From contig CAKKNE010000006.1 of assembly GCA_918797485.1 (NCBI GenBank), forward strand, positions 310,001-374,000: a stretch of 64,000 bases of DNA, given 5' to 3'. How positions within the stretch are numbered: position 1 is the stretch's first letter; each line of letters opens with the position of its first letter. The notes under the pieces are model-generated. The model made no database searches and was not told the origin of the DNA. It worked only from the letters and a program-made list of their open reading frames with translations. This stretch comes from Pelagomonas calceolata. Its lineage: Eukaryota. Shown in pieces: positions 10,390-20,285 of this stretch. The position numbers and the translations under genes were made by a program.

Positions 10390-11589
10390 ATGGCGTCGGG
10401 CCTGCGCCGGAGCTCGGGCGGCACTTGGCTGGAGGAGGACGAGGCCGACGACGCCGAGCCCACCTCGCCGCTCTCGGCCGCGACACCGGAGACGCCGGGC
10501 ACGGAGGCGAGCCCGCAGACGCTGGACGACCGCCGCTACCGCGCGTCGATCCATGCGCTGGAGGCGGAGGTTGATACTCTTCTGTCGCGCGCCGCGGGCC
10601 GGGGTGGCGCGAAAGCTAGACGGGACCGGGACCGCGAATTAGTGAGGCGGTCCGACGCCATGGAAGCGTTGCAACTCGAGAACGCGGAGCTGCGGAACGA
10701 CCTGGAGGCCGCGGGGCGCGAGGTCGACCGGCTGCGGGCGGCGTGCGCATCGGCCCAGTCCGACGCGGAGCGCTGCGCGCGCGCGGCAGCTAGAGCTGCG
10801 GAGCGCGCCGAGGCGAATGAGCTAGATGCGGCCGTCGCCGCGGCGCGGCGCGACGAGGCCGTGGGCGCGGTGAAGACACGGCACTGGGAGGAGTCGCAGC
10901 GGTTGGCTGAACAGCACGCCCAGGCCGTTTCAATGTTAGAGGGGCGCCTCGAGGAAGAAAGGGAGAGACGCATGGCCGCGGATTTGAGGAACGAGTCCCT
11001 CAAGGCGGACCTGGATCTGATTAAAAAAGAGGCGTCGCAGTTGACTGAAAAGTGCGGCGCCCTATCAAACCAACTCAAGGACGCCGAGTCCGAACGAGAC
11101 GCGTGCAAGGACGAGGCCTCGCGGTCATCAAAACACGCGGAGCGCATGACCGCCGCCTTGGACGAGGCCGAGCGGCGCGCCACTCATGCAGAAGCGGGCA
11201 ACCAGCAATCGAGAAGTGACGCCTTGAAAGCTGCGGCGGCCTCCGCGCAAGCGAGCGACGCAAAAACGACCGCCGAGGCCGCCGCGAAGCGCGCCGAGAC
11301 CCAGCGCCGGTCCTTCGAGAAGCAACTAGCCTACGCCCGGAAGGAGGTCGAGAACGCGCGGCTGCGCGAGGAGGAGCAGCGCGAGCGCGTCGCCGAATTA
11401 TCCCGGACGAACCGCGAGCTCATTGCTGAGAGGAGAAAACTCGAAGCGCGCGAGGTCGACCTCGAGGCCCGCGAGAAGACTGTTGTTAAAAGAGATGCAG
11501 CACGTCGGTTCCGAGGCTTGACCGATCTAAAACCGATGGAGGTCGCGGAGCTGCCGGAGGCCGCGCTCGGCGCGTGGCGGCGTAAGTAA
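10390..11589 (+). CDS. Coiled-coil protein of unknown function
   Basis: Long E/A/R/K heptad-rich ORF; first ATG at 10390. Confidence 0.7.
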   Translation: MASGLRRSSGGTWLEEDEADDAEPTSPLSAATPETPGTEASPQTLDDRRYRASIHALEAEVDTLLSRAAGRGGAKARRDRDRELVRRSDAMEALQLENAELRNDLEAAGREVDRLRAACASAQSDAERCARAAARAAERAEANELDAAVAAARRDEAVGAVKTRHWEESQRLAEQHAQAVSMLEGRLEEERERRMAADLRNESLKADLDLIKKEASQLTEKCGALSNQLKDAESERDACKDEASRSSKHAERMTAALDEAERRATHAEAGNQQSRSDALKAAAASAQASDAKTTAEAAAKRAETQRRSFEKQLAYARKEVENARLREEEQRERVAELSRTNRELIAERRKLEAREVDLEAREKTVVKRDAARRFRGLTDLKPMEVAELPEAALGAWRRK

Positions 11590-11590
11590 T

Positions 11591-13083
11591 TCATTTCTTA
11601 TCCTTACCCCTATCAGTAGTCAGGCGCGACTTGATTCCCGCCTGCGTCAGCAGGTCGGGGATGGCGGACTTGATCGCCGCCGTGCCGCCCTCGAGCTGTC
11701 CCTCCTGGACGCCCGCGTCCCACTGCGCGGCCGTCCAGCCGTTCGCCGCGAGCGAGGCAATATGCTCCTCGTCGGTGATGGCGTTCTCCATCTGGTACTT
11801 GGCCAGGAACTCGCGTTCCGCGGAGTGGACGACGCCGTCGGCCAGAGCCACGCGCATAATTAATTCATACATCGTGACCCGCACGTCCTCCTGCATGATC
11901 GTAGGTAACTTGCGGGGCGCCACGGGACCGCCGGTCGCCTTCCGCGCGGCCTCCTTCGCCGCGTAGTCGTACTGGCCTCGTCGTCGCAGGCCCTCGACGA
12001 GGTCGAAGTACAACACGTTCAGTATGGCCGCCTCGATCGCGGGATTCTCGTCCATCGCACTGCGTAAAGCACCGTACGAGAACTCGACGACGCGCGCCGG
12101 CTCGGCAGCTAGGGCGGTGGAGGGGTAGGGCTGGGCCCGAACCGATGGGTCGAGCAGTGCCGTCCCACCAATCACGCACCCTCGTATCGGCACCTGGAAG
12201 CTATTGACCGTGCTGTCCTGGGGCCGCGCGATGTCCCGCTTCGCTCGGTATCTGTATAGTCTTTTGAGGGAGCCGTCGGGCGCGGTCTCGTAGGAGTCCA
12301 CAGATCCCGTCGCAACTAAGACAATCCGGTCCATGGACTCGCCGGCCCGCACCAGCGCCTCGCCCGGCTGGAGCGTGCGCCAATTCGACTTGCGCATCAT
12401 CGCCTGTGTGGAAATCAACCAGTGAGTCAGGTTAACTCGACCGAGTGGAGCGAGCAGCGCCTCACGCCGACCGCGACACACCAAAAATTGAAGGGCGCTT
12501 GAACTTTGCTTGCCACACAGATCATCGCGAAGAAGTTGTCCGGACTGACTCCATAGGGCCTCAGAGCCGACTCGTACAAGGCCATCTCCTCCTTCGTGAA
12601 GTAGAGCTCCTTCTTCTCCCCTAAGAACAGTAGGGGCGCCATGCCGAGCAAGCAGCCCACCGTAATTCCAATAATCGTCGCCCAGGTCTTCACGATTCGG
12701 CAGGATCGTAAGGCGAGCTGTTCGAGGGACAAAGCCTTGGTTTTCGGTTTTCCGATGATTTTTTCCGAATACCTATCGATGACGTCGCCGGCGCCGATGC
12801 CCACGACGTCTGACAGTAGATTGCCGAAGCCGGCTGCTGCCAAGGTAGAGATACCTAATGTAACACCTATGGACTTGTCGATGGCGTCGCCCGCCAGGAT
12901 CATGATGACATTATCGGCAAACCCGAACCCCACGAAGGGCACGCCGTTCGCCAGCGCGAGGCGCCAGAGCTGCGCTCGGCTCGGCGGCTCGACCTTCGCG
13001 CTCGCCTTTTGCTGTCTTGCTGCTACGGCGGGCGGCGCCGTAGATAAAGAACGGCGCGCGGTGAGGGCGGCGCGGCGCCACAT
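11591..13083 (-). CDS. TMEM65: TMEM65-domain protein fused to a cyclic-nucleotide-binding-like domain and a TerB-like helical domain; likely mitochondrial. Exons 13083-12529 and 12403-11591
   Basis: PFVGFGFADNVIMILAGDAID..LGISTLAAAGFGNLLSD (TMEM65); LQPGEALVRAGESMDRIVLVATGSV (cNMP-like); ALADGVVHSAEREFL (TerB-like); presequence-like MWRRAALTARRSLST. Confidence 0.8.
12404..12520 (-). mobile_element. Introner element; GC-AG intron 12404-12528
   Basis: Perfect TSD ATCATCGC at 12396-12403 and 12521-12528; ends CTGTGTGG / CCACACAG. Confidence 0.9.
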
Positions 13084-13515
13084 CTCGCGTCGGCAGCGCA
13101 GCGACAGCGCGCAGCCAGTGCTCTGAAACTGTAGCGCTGCTACACCGTTTCGTTGTGGCCAAGAATTTCTACGACTCTTCTACGACTCAGTGTATGGTAG
13201 TGTAGCAGCGATTTCGAGCCAGATCTCGTGCAGGTGGCTTTGCAGGCTGCGAGAGACTTGCAGATATCGAGTTATCTAGCGCACCAACACACTAGTCCCG
13301 GTCGATTTAGACCAAAAGACGCGGCGCGGCAGCGGCGCAGCGTCTTAAAGCAGTCTCAAAGCAGTCTCACAGCGAGTAGGCTAAGTTGCACCAAAACCCG
13401 CCACTCAGCTAGACAGCAAAGGACCTCCGGCCCCCGGCAGCGCGTGAGCCAGCGCGACGCGCGCGATTCGACTCATCTGAGGCGGGAATATTGTCAGACA
13501 AGCTTAGGCCATGGA

Positions 13516-15393
13516 TCAGAGCGCCTCCACGACCTCCCCGCGGAACGGCGGCGGCGGCGGATGGATGGACGCCCGCAGCTCCGCGTTCATGGCCAACCGC
13601 CGCCGCGCGATGGCCTCGGCGCCGTCCAATGCTCGTTCAAGCTCCGCCCGCCGCGCGCGCCTCCTCTCAAACCGCGCCGCCGCCTCCGCTTTACTTTGCT
13701 CCTCGGAGCCGTCGAGGCGCCGCGCGAGCGCGTCGAGGTCGTCCGCGTCCCGCGCCGCCCTCGAGCGCGCCGCGTCGGCCTCCGCACTCAATGCGTCCTC
13801 GTCGCGGCCCGCTTGTAGACGCGCCGCGTCGGCCCGATCCCTATCCCTCGCTAACCGCTCCTCGAGGCGTTTTATGTCGTCGACGACGCCTCGCAACCTC
13901 GATTTCCGGGCCTCGGCGTCGGCTTGTAGGGATGAGGACTGGAGCCTAGCGCTCGCGAGAGCTAGCTTGACGTCCTCGCCTCTCTTTGCTACTGCTTCCT
14001 TCAACTCGTCGAGCTTCGGCGCGATTATCGACGAAGCGACCTCGGACGCCTGTTCGAGGGCGTCGGCGTCCGCGACACCCAGGTCCAGCCTGTAGTTCGT
14101 CCCTTCGGCGTTTTTTGCCGAAGAAGGTACGAGTTGCAGGCGCCGCGCCGCCCGCTCATACGTTTCCGCGGCGGCCCGACACTGGGAGGCGTGATTTCGC
14201 CCGTCCGCCTCGGCCTTACTAAGCTCCTTGAACTCCGCCGAGGCCCGTCGCTGCCGCCTTCTTCTCGCCAGGTCGTCCTCAAGGCGCGCTGCCTCCCGCA
14301 ACAAACGCTCTACCATAGGAGCGTCGCGGCGCGCCTTCGACGCGGCCTCGCGCGTCGCCGCGACGTTCGCCTGGGCTCTCCTAGCGTCCTCCCGGGCAGC
14401 CGCGGCGGCCGCCGACCGCTCGGCCAGCGTCGAGTCGGCATGTGCTAAACTACGCTCGGCCTCGTCGGCGTCGCGCGCCGCCTTATCACATAAAGCTTCG
14501 GCCTTTGATCGACCATCAATAGCTTTAGAAAGAGACGCCGCCGCGTCCTTCAACGAGGCGATTTTTGCGAGTGCCGCGTCCCTTCTGGAGAGCGACGTCT
14601 CCCTTTCACTAGCCGCGTCGGCGCAGCGCTGGCGGAAGGCCTCCTCCAATCTAGCGTTCAAGGCTTCGCCGGCGGCGTCGTCGCCGGCGAGGAACAAGGC
14701 ATACGCGTCCGAAGCGTACTCGTAAAAAACGCGGTCCGCGCCCTGGTGTTCGAGCTGCACGGCGACGTTGCCCTCCTCCCTTTTCGAAACGTGGCGGCGG
14801 TCGTGCTCGATGAGGTCCACGAGCCACAACAACGCTGCGAGCAACGGCGGCCAGGTGTGCGCAGTTCCCACTGCAGCAAGAGCCGTCCGCGAGATGGGAA
14901 AGGGATACCTTAATTTCTTGAAGACGTCGACGAACTCGTCGTCGAACTTCTTCTGCGAGTCGCGGCGCCAGCTGTCGTCCAAGAGGCGTAGTAAGAACGT
15001 CGCGGCGTCTTCGAAGTCGCGGCCCGTGGGTCTCGCCAGCGCTTGCGTCGTGCAGGCCCCGGCGAAGCCTTCTTCTCTCAGGAATTCCGCTAGTCTTTCT
15101 ACAGATTGTTTCACGTAGAGCTTGTCCCCGACCGGTCGCGGTTCCCGGGCTTTCCTCGGTCTCGTGGAGGAAGGAGTGAGTCCACGATTGTGGCGATTCG
15201 ACGCGCGGGCGGACCACTTGTGCTTCGAGGCGCTGAAAGTTGTACTTCGTTCTTTCAAAGGAGTGAAGGTGGATGAAGAGAGGGGCGTGGTGGTCGCGCG
15301 GCGCGGCGTGACGGACGGCGCCATCGTGACCCTTGGTCGCGTGGAACTGCGTCTTGTGGATGCGTGGGACTGGGCCCTCGCGTTGAGCGGCAT
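13516..15393 (-). CDS. NDC80: Kinetochore protein NDC80/HEC1
   Basis: CH domain DKLYVKQSVERLAEFL..PTGRDF..LRYPFPISRTALAAVGTAHTWPPLLAALLWL followed by a long coiled coil. Confidence 0.9.
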   Translation of the reverse strand: MPLNARAQSHASTRRSSTRPRVTMAPSVTPRRATTTPLSSSTFTPLKERSTTFSASKHKWSARASNRHNRGLTPSSTRPRKAREPRPVGDKLYVKQSVERLAEFLREEGFAGACTTQALARPTGRDFEDAATFLLRLLDDSWRRDSQKKFDDEFVDVFKKLRYPFPISRTALAAVGTAHTWPPLLAALLWLVDLIEHDRRHVSKREEGNVAVQLEHQGADRVFYEYASDAYALFLAGDDAAGEALNARLEEAFRQRCADAASERETSLSRRDAALAKIASLKDAAASLSKAIDGRSKAEALCDKAARDADEAERSLAHADSTLAERSAAAAAAREDARRAQANVAATREAASKARRDAPMVERLLREAARLEDDLARRRRQRRASAEFKELSKAEADGRNHASQCRAAAETYERAARRLQLVPSSAKNAEGTNYRLDLGVADADALEQASEVASSIIAPKLDELKEAVAKRGEDVKLALASARLQSSSLQADAEARKSRLRGVVDDIKRLEERLARDRDRADAARLQAGRDEDALSAEADAARSRAARDADDLDALARRLDGSEEQSKAEAAARFERRRARRAELERALDGAEAIARRRLAMNAELRASIHPPPPPFRGEVVEAL

Positions 15394-15583
15394 TTTTGTA
15401 CTCGTAACGCGGTGCGCGGTCCTCGGTGTTCAAAGGGCTTTTGAAACAGGAGGGTGCGTTACGCCCTGCTGCGTTCAGCGGCAGCGGCAATTGGGCTGCG
15501 GGAAGGTCAGAGGCAAGCACTGGCCTTACAAATTGTAGTTTTAAGGCCTGAACGCCGCAGCAGCGCGCACTTTTGCTTGGATT

Positions 15584-15607
15584 GCTAGTGTGTTACAGGC
15601 CGCTAGC
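15584..15607 (+). promoter_or_regulatory. Intergenic GCTAG..CGCTAGC motif copy, between divergent genes
   Basis: GCTAGTGTGTTACAGGCCGCTAGC. Confidence 0.6.
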
Positions 15608-15732
15608 TAGCTCCGTTTTGCTGGCTTTTGGCTCCTCCAGGCTTTGGCTCTTCCTCCGAAGACCGCAAGAGTTAGATATTGGCTCTTCTCCCGCGGCCGT
15701 CGGCTGTGCGTGCAAGATATCGCTAACCGAGG

Positions 15733-16638
15733 ATGGCAAGGCAGGAGGCCGCAGCCAGTTTGTGCGCCGCCGCCGCGACCGCAGCGCTCACCGTCTCCCT
15801 GCTACGACGCGTCCGGCAGCGCCAAAAAGCTGCACGAGACGCCACGGCGTTGATCGCGCAGCTCAAAGCCCTGAACTCGACGGCGGCCTTGGTAGTGACC
15901 AATGCAAAGGGCGACGCCTTCGCGGCCAAAGCCCTGGCGAAGTACGTCCGCAAGGTCTGCGGTGTATCATCAGGAGACGCATTAGAGGACGCGACGCGCC
16001 TCATCCAACACTGCAAGAACGCGACGCCACCGTCCGCAACCGCCTTCGGGCCTCGCAAAACGCTGAGGCACGTTCTAGTAAGAGGCTGCGTCAGCCCGCA
16101 ACTCCTCCATGAAAGGTTCCCCCAAATCAAGGGCGCCTACACGCAGCAGGCGCTGGATTACGGCAAAAATAGTAGGTATGGCGACCGCTGGAAAATATCG
16201 TGCTATATTGTGGTCCTGGAAAAGTGGAAGCCGAAGATCATGCCCCACGAGCCCATGGTCTCTGCTCTGAGCGATGTCGTCGACATGTGCTGTCGGCGGT
16301 TCGAGGAGTGGTATCTCGAACGGTTTGAAAGAAAACGTCGCGCGTCGGTGATGAACGCGTTTGTTACGAGGTACCGCCCCAAGCCCGACGAGGCGGAGCT
16401 CAAGAAGCACATCGACGGGGCGAACGTCGACGGGAGCGTGATCCTGGCCCTCCCGACGGACGAGCCCTTCGAGGGTGGTCATCTCAAAGTCTGGGACGGC
16501 CGGCCGACCGTCCTCCACGAGTACGCGATGGCGCCGGGCGACTGCATCTTTTTGGACGCGCGGGTCTGGCACCAGGGCTGCGCGATCACGAGCGGCGCGC
16601 GGTACGCGCTCGTGCTGTTCCTGCGGCTGCGTAAGTAG
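15733..16638 (+). CDS. 2-oxoglutarate/Fe(II)-dependent oxygenase
   Basis: HxD (KKHIDG), FEGG, distal His and Arg (WHQGCAITSGARYALVLF). Confidence 0.8.
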   Translation: MARQEAAASLCAAAATAALTVSLLRRVRQRQKAARDATALIAQLKALNSTAALVVTNAKGDAFAAKALAKYVRKVCGVSSGDALEDATRLIQHCKNATPPSATAFGPRKTLRHVLVRGCVSPQLLHERFPQIKGAYTQQALDYGKNSRYGDRWKISCYIVVLEKWKPKIMPHEPMVSALSDVVDMCCRRFEEWYLERFERKRRASVMNAFVTRYRPKPDEAELKKHIDGANVDGSVILALPTDEPFEGGHLKVWDGRPTVLHEYAMAPGDCIFLDARVWHQGCAITSGARYALVLFLRLRK

Positions 16639-16660
16639 GAGTTTTGTTAGTCGCCCCCTA

Positions 16661-17509
16661 CTACATGTAGTCGACCTTGTCCGTGAGCCACTGGAAGCCC
16701 GCGTCGATGCCCTTGCCCGTCGTCACCGTCGTCTCGATGACGCGGACGTCGAGTCGGTTTTGCGCTTGCAACGCGTCGAGTTGTAAAGCGGCCTTGACCT
16801 GGTCCGCAGTCAGGATCTGGGACGACCGCGGCGTGGCGGGAGGCTCCTCGACGGGCGGTTCTTTGGTCTCGTCCTTCTTGCCCTCGTCGTCGGACTCCGA
16901 CGACGAATCATGAGGCGCGGGCGCGGGCGCCGGCGCGTCGGCCTCCGCGTGCACGGGGTTCTCGGTAGGCTGCGTCTGGCCGTCGGACTTGTTGCATAGT
17001 ACGAGCAGAGGCATCTTTTTTAACGCAGGGTGTCGAAATAGCTGGTGGAGCTCCTTCCGCGCGAGACCTAGCCTATCAACATCCGTCGCATCCACCACGA
17101 ACACCACCGCATGACTATGCGCGCAGAACATCAACCACGCCCCGCGCCAGTTTTCTTTGCCAGAAACGTCCCACACCCTCCAGTTCACGCGTGCCCGTCG
17201 CTCGCACCGCGCCGTCGCTGACCGCGTCATGGCAAACTCAACTAACTGATGCCCACATGTGGGAGCTGTATGCAGCTCGTCGACGCCATGCTTGCGCGCC
17301 CATTTTTCCAAATTGCGCCGCACGGCGGGCACGCAACACAAAACTGTCGTCTTGCCCGCTCCATCCAACCCACAAATCAACGCGGCCCGCGTCTTCTTCC
17401 GCGCGATGAGCGCCCCGCAGCAGGTCCGCTCAAACGCATCGCAGCAACTCCTCAAGCTCTCGCCCCAGGCCGCGAGGCGGTCTTCGCACCTCAGATAGAG
17501 CTGGTCCAT
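16661..17509 (-). CDS. Atypical ARF/ARL-family small GTPase
   Basis: GLDGAGKTT, PT, WDVSG, FVVDATD, NKSD, C-terminal GIDAGFQWL. Confidence 0.85.
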   Translation of the reverse strand: MDQLYLRCEDRLAAWGESLRSCCDAFERTCCGALIARKKTRAALICGLDGAGKTTVLCCVPAVRRNLEKWARKHGVDELHTAPTCGHQLVEFAMTRSATARCERRARVNWRVWDVSGKENWRGAWLMFCAHSHAVVFVVDATDVDRLGLARKELHQLFRHPALKKMPLLVLCNKSDGQTQPTENPVHAEADAPAPAPAPHDSSSESDDEGKKDETKEPPVEEPPATPRSSQILTADQVKAALQLDALQAQNRLDVRVIETTVTTGKGIDAGFQWLTDKVDYM

Positions 17510-17732
17510 TGGGCCTCTGTGTTGTGCGGCGCGGGATCAACGTCGTTTGCTGGATGGGGCCGTGCTTGTCAAGCGTGCGCGTGCTGCTTGCCGGTGGCGT
17601 GCCGATTTGGGCTCGGCGGGCAGCCGCAAAACCAAAATGGACACCCCGCACGCAGCCGTGAAATTCGAGCGGTTCGAGGGTTTCCGCGACCGGTCCGTTG
17701 CGAGGGCAACGTGTACCGACGCATAAAACCTG

Positions 17733-17756
17733 GCTAGTGTGTTACAAGGAGCTAGG
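17733..17756 (+). promoter_or_regulatory. Intergenic GCTAG motif copy, between divergent genes
   Basis: GCTAGTGTGTTACAAGGAGCTAGG. Confidence 0.5.
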
Positions 17757-18057
17757 CCGCAAAAACGCGAGATTCTCGGGGGCGCGGGCGAGGCGCAAGC
17801 TGGGCGTTGGCAGTGGCTGTCCGAGCATCCGTTTGGTGCGTGTTGCAGTTATAGTGCCGAGTGAGCGAGTGCTGGCGGAGTTGCAGCCAAGAGCCGATCT
17901 GCCTCCTCAGCTCAGCCCAGCGGAATCTGGGCGGCGCTATAGGGAGGGGCACGCGAAAGTAACAGCGCGCTCTAAGACACACAGCACTCCGCTGCGACGG
18001 AGTCGCTGCGTGGTTGGCAGTCCGTATCGCGAGAGCGCGAAGTCCGAGTCGTGAGCG

Positions 18058-18879
18058 ATGGTGCTCTTCTACGCGAATAGACCGGGCGAGCCGGGCATTA
18101 TACTGTGGGAGGTCGCGGCCGCCGCGCTCTGCTTCGAGGCCCTCTACCGGAGTTTTGGAGTGGCGTTCCGCACGCTATCCACGAGAAAGGGCGTCGCGCT
18201 GGATCCGAAGCGTCGGCCGACCTTCGCGCGCGACGGCAACTCGTACGCCGTCAGCTTCGTCCACGCTCTTATCGTAGTGTTGAGAGGGTGCCAGCACCTC
18301 GTCGACCAGTACCAAGCGCCTGTAGAGGCCAAATTCGTGCAGCGGCCCTACGGCTCCACGAGCGAGTGGGCCGCCGGCGCCGCGGCCATCGAGCCGACGA
18401 ATACGATCTTCCTGGCGTTTCTTGCGTATGACGTAAGCCACGTCCTGCTGGAGTACCCTAGGCTGGGCGGTATGGACGTAATCGCGCACCACGTCTTGTT
18501 CGCGGCGGCGTCCTACGTCTGCGGCTCCAATAGAGTTTTTCCTTGGCCCTTCGCGTGGCTGATTATTGGGGAGCTGTCGACGCTGCCGCTGAATCTGCGC
18601 TGGGTGCTCATCCAGTCCGGAAGGGGAGACACGACGATCATGACGTGGACGAACCGTTGTTTCGCGTTCACGTTCTTCGTCGGGCGCGTCGTCGTCTACG
18701 GCCTCGGGCTCCTGCACCTCGGTGCGAGCTGGCATCCTTATGTTGAAGATGCTTGTCAACGGGTTTCTGGGCTGCGCGTCGTCTGCGCGCTCTTCGTCGC
18801 GGGCTACGGCCTGAACCTGGTCTGGTTCCGGCGCATCGTGCGCGTGGCGACGCGCCCCGCGCGCGCCGCGGACGACTGA
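18058..18879 (+). CDS. TLC-domain membrane protein (TMEM56/TLCD4-like)
   Basis: VSFVHA, FLAYD, HH, ELSTLPLNLRW, FFVGR, LNLVWF motifs. Confidence 0.8.
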   Translation: MVLFYANRPGEPGIILWEVAAAALCFEALYRSFGVAFRTLSTRKGVALDPKRRPTFARDGNSYAVSFVHALIVVLRGCQHLVDQYQAPVEAKFVQRPYGSTSEWAAGAAAIEPTNTIFLAFLAYDVSHVLLEYPRLGGMDVIAHHVLFAAASYVCGSNRVFPWPFAWLIIGELSTLPLNLRWVLIQSGRGDTTIMTWTNRCFAFTFFVGRVVVYGLGLLHLGASWHPYVEDACQRVSGLRVVCALFVAGYGLNLVWFRRIVRVATRPARAADD

Positions 18880-18933
18880 ATTCCCGCGGCGGCTATGATA
18901 ATCAAACTATACTGTGCCGACGGCATCGATTTG

Positions 18934-18956
18934 GCTAGCGCCGGTAAAACACTAGC
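18934..18956 (-). promoter_or_regulatory. Intergenic GCTAG..CGCTAGC motif copy
   Basis: Minus strand GCTAGTGTTTTACCGGCGCTAGC, ~180 bp upstream of ATG 19133. Confidence 0.55.
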
Positions 18957-19132
18957 AAGCAAGCAAGCTGGGATGCAGACCGGCGAGTGCCTATAGATCT
19001 AAGTCACGGCCTCTAGGCCCACCGGCAGTTCGCACAGATCGCTGGCGTAACCGTGCCAGCTCGAATTCAGACAGCTCGTTGCTCTGCACACCGCACACCG
19101 AGCCTGCAGGCTGTGGGCAGCAGCAATAGGAC

Positions 19133-20239
19133 ATGGGCAGATACGGCGGCGCCTTCGCCGGCCGCGTCGACGACGCCGCGGACACGTCGGCCGAGGCAAA
19201 AGAGCAACGCGTCCGCGCCCTGTTCCCGGCAAACGCCCTGCCCGCGACGACGCTCATCGTGCCGGAGACGCAAACACGGGACCGCTGCCGCTTCAGCTTC
19301 TCGCGGACCACCGGTGACCTGGAGTTTGCCGAGGACGGCATTGTAGGACCGGTCTCCGAGAACGGCCACCGCCTCGCCTCGGAACGCGTCTCAAGTGTAC
19401 TGAACGCCGTCGTCAGGGAACTGACGCCGACCCTCTCGACAAATCTGCGGGCGGCCCACGTCCACGCGCCGCGCTGCGGCTCGGAGCCCGTCGTCGCGCT
19501 CGTGTACGAAGGCGCCTCAAATGACGAGGCAGCCTGGCGCGTTGATGCGGAGGAGCTGCGTTCCACGGTCCAATGCAGCCTCGTCGGCCGCTTCAAGGGC
19601 CAAGCATTAATCTGTGGGAACGACTTCGCGCGCGAATTATTAACTCTGGACGACGGCCGGGCGCTCGAGTACGAGTTCCCCGAGGGCTCGTTCTGCCATC
19701 CCAACGGCTCGGCGAACGAGCGGAGCGAGAGCTGGCTCTGTGGTAGAGCATTATCAATTGGAGGGAACCTGCTCGAGCTCTACTGCGGGGCCGGCACGCA
19801 CACGTGCGCCCTATCCAAGTACTTTGAGAGGGTCGTTGCGGTGGAAGTGGACGCGAAGCTCGTGGAGGCAGCTCAACGCAACCTGGCGGCGAATCAGTGT
19901 GCGAACGCGACGGTCGTCGTGGACAGCGTCGGCAAGCGGCGCGGGCGCCTGCATTCGGTGCTGAGGAAGCGTGCATGGGACGACGTGCGGTTTGACTGCA
20001 TTTTGGTCGACCCGCCGCGGCGCGGGTTAGATGATGCGACGCTCGGGGCGCTCGCCGGCTTTGCGCACGTGCTCGTCGTGGCGTGCAACCCCGAGAAACT
20101 AGCAAGGGACTGCGACGTGTTGCTGCGGACGCACGCCGTCGCGGCGTTCGCCGTCGTCGACGGCTTCCCGGGAACGCCGCACGTCGAGTGCCTGGCGCAC
20201 TTCGTCCGGCGCGACGACGGCGACGCCTCGGCGGCCTAG
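19133..20239 (+). CDS. trmA: tRNA/RNA m5U methyltransferase, TrmA family
   Basis: LLELYCGAG, VDPPRRGLD, catalytic ACNP, FPGTPHVE. Confidence 0.8.
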   Translation: MGRYGGAFAGRVDDAADTSAEAKEQRVRALFPANALPATTLIVPETQTRDRCRFSFSRTTGDLEFAEDGIVGPVSENGHRLASERVSSVLNAVVRELTPTLSTNLRAAHVHAPRCGSEPVVALVYEGASNDEAAWRVDAEELRSTVQCSLVGRFKGQALICGNDFARELLTLDDGRALEYEFPEGSFCHPNGSANERSESWLCGRALSIGGNLLELYCGAGTHTCALSKYFERVVAVEVDAKLVEAAQRNLAANQCANATVVVDSVGKRRGRLHSVLRKRAWDDVRFDCILVDPPRRGLDDATLGALAGFAHVLVVACNPEKLARDCDVLLRTHAVAAFAVVDGFPGTPHVECLAHFVRRDDGDASAA

Positions 20240-20285
20240 AGCCAGCTTTTGTGTGTGTAGTCTGTAAGAACATGATACTAAACAA

